Positions 58,150 to 64,000 of a stretch of DNA of 64,000 nucleotides are shown in pieces; within the stretch, counting starts at the first letter, position 1, and each line of letters begins with the position of its first letter. The DNA lies in assembly GCA_964596325.1 (NCBI GenBank), contig CAZQSQ010000002.1:10820-74819 (forward strand), written 5' to 3'. The notes under the pieces are model-generated. The model saw only the letters and a program-made list of their open reading frames with translations, was not told the DNA's origin and did not search any database. Origin of the DNA: an uncultured Candidatus Saccharibacteria bacterium. Its GTDB lineage: Bacteria; Patescibacteriota; Minisyncoccia; Minisyncoccales; JAGOPM01. A program made the translations under genes and the position numbers.

Positions 58150-58250
58150 GTGGAAAACCCTGCCGCGTGCGAAGTCGCGTATAGCTCCGCACGCGACAAG
58201 CTATACGAGGGAAGCCGCGTGCGAGTATGGCGAGCTATACGCGGCTATTC
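58150..58250. repeat. GC-rich intergenic element with nested inverted and direct repeats (CGCGTATAGCT / AGCTATACGCG; GCCGCGTGCGA x2)
   Basis: CGCGTATAGCT occurs once and its reverse complement twice. GCCGCGTGCGA is directly repeated about 52 nt apart. CCGCGTGCG and CGCACGCGG can pair. Local GC is far above the window average. Lies between the helicase-nuclease stop and the protease-gene start. Confidence 0.4.
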
Positions 58251-61200
58251 GCGAAACTCGCAAATATCGCGATAGTCGCACCAATCGCAATGGCGTCCCG
58301 GAGTGGCGGCAAAATTGCTCTGCTCCAAGGCTTGAGAAAAATCCTCAAACTCTTGGATTAAGTTTTCAATATCCTCATCGCTGCCCAAAAACGATAAAGT
58401 TGAACCATCTTCCAAATAATAATAAATCAGCTCCACGGGTTCGGCTTTATGCACTTGCTTGGCCGCTATTTGATAAATCAAAAGCTGCGCCTTGGTCTGG
58501 TCGTCCAGCTTATCCTTGGGCGTACCGGTTTTATAATCAATAATGGCAATTTTTCCTTGTCCTCTATCATCAATGCGGTCAATTTTTCCATAAACAGCTT
58601 TGTCCCCTATCTTAATTGTAAAGGAAGATTCCAATGCCCCCCTACCATCGATTTGATATAGTTTAGGCGGGTTGGTTTTCAGGTTCTCATAAAAATTCTT
58701 CAATATTTCCCGGCCTTTTTGGTAATAATCCTCTTTTTGTTTTTTTGATTCAAACCACTCATCCTGCCAGTGCTTATCATAAAGCTTGTAAAGCTCTTCG
58801 ATATCGGGGAATTGTCCCCTGTCCTTAGTGGAACCGAACAGGTCTTTTTGCTCCGACTTGCGGGCACAAAGGTCGACAAACTCCTCAACTGTGGAATGGA
58901 TGGAGCGGCCAAAGGTTGTCGAGGCGCGGCCACGTTTAGGCACGCGCATGATATGCTCCAATTTATATTGGTAAGGACATTTTTCAAAGGCGGCCAGCTG
59001 GGTATAAGAAAGGGTTTCGGGCAGCTTGTAGCTAAGGGAATTTTTCTCCGGGTTTTTATGATTGGGCTTAAGCGCGGAAATGTCGGCGGATTCCACTTTT
59101 TTGGCTTTGCAGACTTGGGCCAAGCCGATTTCTGAGAGAAACTTACTGGGCACGCGCGTGCGCTTAAGGCCGGGCTCAACTTGGGCATGGCTTAAATACA
59201 GCCCCAAACGAGCCCGGGTTAAGGCCACATAAAATAACCGGCGCTCTTCCTGCTCGTGAAAAATTTTATCATCGCCTTGCAGCTGGACTGCCTCGAGAGC
59301 ATCGCCCTCCTTTTGGCGGCGCGCGTAAAGCAAGCTCTGGGGTATTTCAAGCCCGCCCCCGCGGTTATAAGTCGGGAAATGCGACTGCACCAAATCAATC
59401 ACAAAAACATGGTTGAATTCCAAACCTTTGGCCTTGTGCACAGTCATCACCTGCACTTGTTCAAAACTGGCTTGAGCCAGATCGGAACGGATTGTGCCCT
59501 TTTCCCCGGACTCGATTTCAAAATTCACCTGCTCCAAAAAGTCGGAAAGCCGGCACTGGACTTGCGACTCTTCGAATTCCTTGAGCTGTTCCAAAAATTG
59601 ATTAAGCAAATCGACATTTTCTTTGGCTTGGCGCGGATTAGTTTTTTCGTCCTGCAATATCCATGAGAAGTATCCGGCTTCCTCCAAATAAACCGTGAAT
59701 GTTTCGCTTAAAGTATGCTCTTTGAGCATTTCGCGGTGCCGCTCCACCAGAGAAGTGATTTTATTGCACGCCGCCAGAGCTTGGCCCGAAATTTGCGGCA
59801 CTGAGCCGGCTAGCTTCAAGCCTTCGTAGAGCGATAAAGTTTTTTTCCGGCAATGCTCGGTAATCTTAGAGATGTCATCCTCAGGCACATCAAAAACCGG
59901 AGCGCGCAAAACCTTATAAACCGCCGCGCTTTCGTGGTAATTATCCAACAGTTTCAAATAAGAAAGAGCCTCCAAGATTATCGGCTTTTGGTAAAAGCCC
60001 TTGCTCGCCAAAAAACGAAAATCAATGCCTTCGCGCTGCAAAACTGAGCAAATTTTCTGCGCCTGCGCATTGGTGCGCGCCAAAATGGCAAAATCGGGGT
60101 ATTCCAAATCCTGCGGGCTTTTATTGGGAGTAAAACACTTTTGCAATTCTTTTATTTTTTGCACCACGCGCCTGGCCTCTTCCTCCACATCTTGGCACTG
60201 CCAAACTTCAAATGCTCCAACCTGCCCAGAATCAGCACAAAGTCTTTTTAACTCTTCCAGCCGAATTTGCTGTTTCAAAAAATTATCCGCGACTTCCTTT
60301 TTATGCGCCACATAATGCTCCAAACGATTGGGATTATTGTTAACAATGCTTTTGTAAGCCCAATCCAAAATACTTTGCGTTGAACGATAATTGGTTTTAA
60401 GAACCACGATTTTGGCCTCGGGAAAATCATGGCAAAAATCCAAAACATTTTCCAAAACTGCCCCGCGAAAACGGTAAATGGATTGGTCGTCATCGCCCAC
60501 CACACTCAAATTGTTTTTGGGCGCAGCCAAAATTTTGACCAGCTCGTATTGGATGCGGTTAGTATCTTGAAATTCATCGACTAAAATATATTTGAACTTA
60601 TCCCGGTAAATTTTAAGCGTAGCCGGGCTTTTTTTGAAAAGTTTCAGGCAATAGTTAAGCTGGTCGCCGAAATCCAAAGAGTTATTGTCGAGCAATGTCT
60701 TTTGATACATGGCATAGGCTCTGGCCACCTCGGCGGCCTTTTCCATTTCCTCGCGCATAACATCCAAATCGTCCCCGGCCTTTGCCCCGTTATCGGTTAA
60801 GTCTACGCGCAAGCTGTCGGCATATTCCAAATAATGCTCGGGATAAATTCCCTCTTCCTTGCATTCCTTAAAATGATAGCTCAGCTGGTCTAAAAATTTG
60901 GCGGGATTGCCCAAGGATTGGTAATGCTTAAAATCAAACTTATCCAAATTCTTGCGCATCAAAATCCACCCTTGGTTGTCGCTTAGTATTTTGAAATCAT
61001 CGGCAAGGCCGATATCAAAGCAATGCCGGCGCAAAATTTTGTCGCAAAAAGCGTGAAAAGTCTGAATCCACAAATCGCAATAAGCCCAATCGGTATTTTC
61101 CTCGATAATTTTATCCTCCAAATGCGCGGCGGCATCTTCATTGAACACAAGGCAGAGAATTTCTTCCGGCTTGGCTTTTCCCGAATTAACCAAATACTTA

Positions 61201-61310
61201 AACCGCTCCTTCAGCACGGTGGTTTTGCCCGTTCCGGCTCCGGCCACGATCAGGAGGGGGCCCTGCCCATGTTCGATTGCTTTTTTTTGCTCCAAATTTG
61301 GACTGCTCAT
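58245..61310 (-). CDS. UvrD/PcrA-family SF1 helicase fused to a C-terminal Cas4/AddB-like PD-(D/E)xK nuclease with an Fe-S Cys cluster
   Basis: N-terminal Walker A VAGAGTGKTT and UvrD helicase motifs. The C-terminus has IDYKTG and CDWCDYRDIC (Cas4/AddB-type nuclease with a CxxC..C cluster). 1021 aa. Confidence 0.85.
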   Translation of the reverse strand: MSSPNLEQKKAIEHGQGPLLIVAGAGTGKTTVLKERFKYLVNSGKAKPEEILCLVFNEDAAAHLEDKIIEENTDWAYCDLWIQTFHAFCDKILRRHCFDIGLADDFKILSDNQGWILMRKNLDKFDFKHYQSLGNPAKFLDQLSYHFKECKEEGIYPEHYLEYADSLRVDLTDNGAKAGDDLDVMREEMEKAAEVARAYAMYQKTLLDNNSLDFGDQLNYCLKLFKKSPATLKIYRDKFKYILVDEFQDTNRIQYELVKILAAPKNNLSVVGDDDQSIYRFRGAVLENVLDFCHDFPEAKIVVLKTNYRSTQSILDWAYKSIVNNNPNRLEHYVAHKKEVADNFLKQQIRLEELKRLCADSGQVGAFEVWQCQDVEEEARRVVQKIKELQKCFTPNKSPQDLEYPDFAILARTNAQAQKICSVLQREGIDFRFLASKGFYQKPIILEALSYLKLLDNYHESAAVYKVLRAPVFDVPEDDISKITEHCRKKTLSLYEGLKLAGSVPQISGQALAACNKITSLVERHREMLKEHTLSETFTVYLEEAGYFSWILQDEKTNPRQAKENVDLLNQFLEQLKEFEESQVQCRLSDFLEQVNFEIESGEKGTIRSDLAQASFEQVQVMTVHKAKGLEFNHVFVIDLVQSHFPTYNRGGGLEIPQSLLYARRQKEGDALEAVQLQGDDKIFHEQEERRLFYVALTRARLGLYLSHAQVEPGLKRTRVPSKFLSEIGLAQVCKAKKVESADISALKPNHKNPEKNSLSYKLPETLSYTQLAAFEKCPYQYKLEHIMRVPKRGRASTTFGRSIHSTVEEFVDLCARKSEQKDLFGSTKDRGQFPDIEELYKLYDKHWQDEWFESKKQKEDYYQKGREILKNFYENLKTNPPKLYQIDGRGALESSFTIKIGDKAVYGKIDRIDDRGQGKIAIIDYKTGTPKDKLDDQTKAQLLIYQIAAKQVHKAEPVELIYYYLEDGSTLSFLGSDEDIENLIQEFEDFSQALEQSNFAATPGRHCDWCDYRDICEFRE

Positions 61311-61343
61311 GTATTAGATTATGGCATAAACAAAGCCTCTTTT

Positions 61344-61375
61344 CAAAATTAAAAAAATCCCAATTTCTGGGATTT
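61344..61375 (-). terminator. Intrinsic terminator (AUCCCA-GAAAU-UGGGAU plus U7 on the minus strand)
   Basis: 6-bp stem and a U-run immediately downstream of ORF 61381..61947 on the minus strand. TTGAAA-18-ATAATC promoter-like hexamers for the helicase gene follow it. Confidence 0.6.
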
Positions 61376-61380
61376 ATGCG

Positions 61381-61947
61381 CTAATCTTGAGGCGTTTCGC
61401 CGTGCAAGAAAGCATCCTCGAGGGCCGAGCAAAGATCATTGACTTGTTCTGACGGAAAATTGTAAAGCGGGTCGTTTCCTTCTTTACTTAGGGTTACGTT
61501 TTTGTTGAGATCGCTGATAATCTCCTCAATCTTTCCGCAATCAAAATGCTTGATATCCCGTGACCAAACCGAGATAATCTCCGGCGGACAATCATTCTTA
61601 ACCCAAAAAACTGAATGCCGCAGCATTTCCCCTTTAGCTGAAATGGCTTGGCCGACATTTTTCTTGTCCTTATCTTCAAGCAAAAATGCCGCCAAGGCGC
61701 CATTGACCAAAGTTTTGGGGCAGGCACTAAGCTGCGCAAGCAACCACTGCTTTTCGCCAAAGATTGAATTAAAAGACAAGATGCAAGGCTTATGCAACGA
61801 AGCATAGCGGACATGCGAAGTGTGCGCATCACTGACCCGGAATAACACCACACTTCTGCCCTCTAATTCTGGCAAATCAGCAATCTTTTGGGGAGCGAAA
61901 AATTCAGCGACCGTGGAAACGATTTCTCTATCTTTTACTACTCCCAT
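61381..61947 (-). CDS. Hypothetical protein (189 aa)
   Basis: AGGAGG RBS before the ATG at 61947. Weak SDAHTSH segment. No confident family assignment. Confidence 0.45.
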   Translation of the reverse strand: MGVVKDREIVSTVAEFFAPQKIADLPELEGRSVVLFRVSDAHTSHVRYASLHKPCILSFNSIFGEKQWLLAQLSACPKTLVNGALAAFLLEDKDKKNVGQAISAKGEMLRHSVFWVKNDCPPEIISVWSRDIKHFDCGKIEEIISDLNKNVTLSKEGNDPLYNFPSEQVNDLCSALEDAFLHGETPQD

Positions 61948-62070
61948 TTTCACCTCCTTTTTTAAGGTAATAACTGAGCTTGCCAAACAAAATTAACCCT
62001 GTCAACAATTATTTATTCCCCGGCTGTAGTAAGGAATTTTTTTATCCAAAAACCCGCCTCAACAGGCGGG

Positions 62071-62826
62071 TTATTTATATGAAGCGATAAAATAGCGGGG
62101 TTTTTTGAATTGATCTTTGCAAATTTCCGCCTTGTAGCCTTCTTTTTTAAGCAAGACCCGCAAATCTTTGGCCGTGCGCGAATCAAATTCGCAAAATAGC
62201 TTTCCGCCGGGCTTGAGATGCTTTTTGGCTTGCGTAAGCAGCTTGCGGATATATTGCAGGCCATCCTTGCCCCCGAATAAAAACGAACTGCTCTCATGGC
62301 GCAAAACAGAATCTTGCACGTCTTTGGCAAATATTTCCGGAATGTAAGGCGGGTTGGCAAAAATATAATCAAAACCGCCTTCCAAATCCTCCAAGATATC
62401 GCTTTGTTTGATAGCGGCGCGGGAAAGCCCGATCTTGTTGAGTTTGATATTTTTAGCCGTCTGCATCAGGCAAAAAGGATCAAGGTCGGCAAAAATCACT
62501 TTGGCCTTTTTTAATTTTTTTAGTGCCGCAATACCAATGCAACCCGAGCCGCAAAAAACATCCAAAATAAAAAGCTCTTTTCCCTGGGGCAAATCCGCCA
62601 AAATCTTTTCTACCCAAAACTCGGTTTCGTCCCTAGGGATAAGCGGCCTAAATTCTAAATCGATTTTGTTGCACAAAAATGGCCGCCAGCCGATAACATA
62701 ATCCAAAAGCTCGCCCTTCATCAAAAGCGCAACGTCCTTCCAAAAGGTCTGGGACTGCTTCCCTTTATATTTCTCCCGAAGAAGAATGGATATGTCGCGC
62801 TCGATTGTCGAGATTTTGGGTTTCAT
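62071..62826 (-). CDS. prmC: Release factor glutamine N5-methyltransferase PrmC/HemK
   Basis: SAM-binding LDVFCGSGCIGIA and the NPPY catalytic motif (IFANPPYIP). Confidence 0.8.
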   Translation of the reverse strand: MKPKISTIERDISILLREKYKGKQSQTFWKDVALLMKGELLDYVIGWRPFLCNKIDLEFRPLIPRDETEFWVEKILADLPQGKELFILDVFCGSGCIGIAALKKLKKAKVIFADLDPFCLMQTAKNIKLNKIGLSRAAIKQSDILEDLEGGFDYIFANPPYIPEIFAKDVQDSVLRHESSSFLFGGKDGLQYIRKLLTQAKKHLKPGGKLFCEFDSRTAKDLRVLLKKEGYKAEICKDQFKKPRYFIASYK

Positions 62827-62903
62827 AAATCCAAATATCAAATTACAAATGTAAACCAATTAAAGTGAATTTTTGAAATTTGGCATTTGATATCGGCCTT
62901 AAA

Positions 62904-63164
62904 TTACATTCCCATCTTGCCCTTGAGCATTGGGGCCATTTGCATCAGGCGCATTTGCAGTTGCTTATTAGCTTCAGAAATTGCTTCTTTGAGAAGTTTT
63001 TCCAATTTTGCCGTATCGTGAGCCGGATTAAGCTTGATATCCTCAATTTCCATCAGGCCATTAATAACAACCTTAACGCCTTCTTTGTCTACTTCAATCT
63101 TTTCTTTTTTGAGCTGGCTTTGCAGGTCCAGAGCCTGTTTCATTTGTTTGATTTGATCGAACAT
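62904..63164 (-). CDS. YbaB/EbfC-family nucleoid-associated protein (short, 86 aa)
   Basis: MFDQIKQMKQ..VKVVINGLMEIEDIKLNP..LEKLLKEAISEANKQL resembles the YbaB N-terminal helix plus dimerisation core. Confidence 0.55.
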   Translation of the reverse strand: MFDQIKQMKQALDLQSQLKKEKIEVDKEGVKVVINGLMEIEDIKLNPAHDTAKLEKLLKEAISEANKQLQMRLMQMAPMLKGKMGM

Positions 63165-63251
63165 AGTTTTTTGATAATACCAAATTCAAATGACAAAGTC
63201 CAAATTTCAAATTATTCCCCTTTGCTTTGACATTTGCAATTTGATTTTCGT

Positions 63252-64000
63252 TTATTTATGGTTTTCTAATAGCCGCACCAACATTCTTACCGGCGCTCCC
63301 GTGGCTCCCTTGGCCAAATATTCATCATCAGCAGGCAACATTCTTGGCGCGATATCGATATGAGCCCAAGGATAATCTTTGGCAAACTGCCATAAAAAGG
63401 CTGCGGCCGTGCAGGCACCGCCCCGGCGGGTTTTGGCCGTGTTGGTCAAATCCGCAAATTGGCCGCGAATTTCCTCTTCGAATTCTTCCCATAGAGGCAG
63501 CGGCCAAATATAATCTCCGGCCAGCTCACCGCTGGATTTCAGGTCGTGCTCTATGGCATGATCCTTGGTAAAAACCGCACTGGCGCGGCTGCCCAAGGCC
63601 GAATGGGCTGCCCCAGTCAATGTGGCCACATCGATGACCAATTTGGGACGAAATTTTTTGGCATAAGTCAGAGCATCGGCTAAAATTAAACGGCCTTCCG
63701 CATCAGTAGACATTACTTCCACGGTCTTGCCTGACAAAGTTTTGAGCACATCTCCCGGACGGTAGCTATTACCCGAGGGCATATTTTCGGTAGCCGGAAT
63801 CAAAGCGATAATATTTTTGCGCAAACCCAAGCGAGCGGCCGCCTCCAAGGTATGCAAAACCGCGCCCGCGCCGGCCATATCCATATGCATGTCGCAAAGC
63901 GCCTCATCAGGCTTGATATTAATGCCGCCCGAATCAAAGGTTACACCCTTACCAACCAAAACAATCGGCTTACCGGAATTGGGCGCGCCCCAATATTCCA
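63252..64000 (-). CDS. pepA: Leucyl aminopeptidase (peptidase M17) C-terminal catalytic domain; the N-terminus lies beyond the window end
   Basis: GKGVTFDSGG, NTDAEGRL-like STDAEGRLILADAL and other M17 metal-ligand motifs. The frame stays open to position 64000. Confidence 0.85.
   Translation of the reverse strand, partial: EYWGAPNSGKPIVLVGKGVTFDSGGINIKPDEALCDMHMDMAGAGAVLHTLEAAARLGLRKNIIALIPATENMPSGNSYRPGDVLKTLSGKTVEVMSTDAEGRLILADALTYAKKFRPKLVIDVATLTGAAHSALGSRASAVFTKDHAIEHDLKSSGELAGDYIWPLPLWEEFEEEIRGQFADLTNTAKTRRGGACTAAAFLWQFAKDYPWAHIDIAPRMLPADDEYLAKGATGAPVRMLVRLLENHK

Noticed and set aside
58112-58192. GTG-initiated N-terminal extension (MRSYTRLRTRQGF..) of the 707-aa ORF
   Set aside because: It is Arg-rich and lies inside the GC-rich repeat element. 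A signal-peptide start, MSKRQFLHII.., follows a TATAAT-like box, so the start is placed at 58111.
62013-62372. 119-aa minus-strand ORF
   Set aside because: It is an out-of-frame overlap with prmC, whose NPPY/SAM motifs identify the real frame.
1-64000. CRISPR arrays, rRNA genes, transposases/IS elements
   Set aside because: No regularly spaced direct repeats, no rRNA-like conserved stretches and no DDE or HTH transposase-like translations were seen. The only recombinase is a XerC/D-type housekeeping-like enzyme.

Overview
This window reads as a CPR/Patescibacteria-like bacterial chromosome segment with small genes, about 45-50% GC and tightly packed housekeeping operons. Main blocks, in order: the hrcA-grpE-dnaK-dnaJ heat-shock operon with a perfect CIRCE operator; a tRNA-Lys with a neighbouring tRNA 3'-end-like fragment; ctpA, rplI, rpmA, uppS; an AT-rich two-gene cassette next to a tyrosine recombinase; a minus-strand block of gltX, murG, ftsW, murD, an inserted PP-loop gene, mraY, aspS, trpS, valS; metK preceded by a SAM-I riboswitch; obg; a fermentation/lower-glycolysis block (ferredoxin, PfkB kinase, ppsA, ADP-forming acetyl-CoA synthetase, gap, gpmI, eno, galU) bracketed by two paralogous extracytoplasmic DsbA-like 'CPFG' proteins; ftsZ, a CarS/DUF46-like gene and an EndoQ-like nuclease. 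The most unusual region is a roughly 12 kb co-directional cluster of giant secreted proteins (two papain-like C1 protease fusions, two VWA proteins, one with a DUF333 domain) with an embedded cytoplasmic PD-(D/E)xK nuclease. It is preceded by a GC-rich repeat-structured intergenic element and a UvrD-helicase/Cas4-like nuclease fusion. No CRISPR array, rRNA or recognisable transposase was seen. All calls come from reading the translations and DNA by eye; no searches were run.
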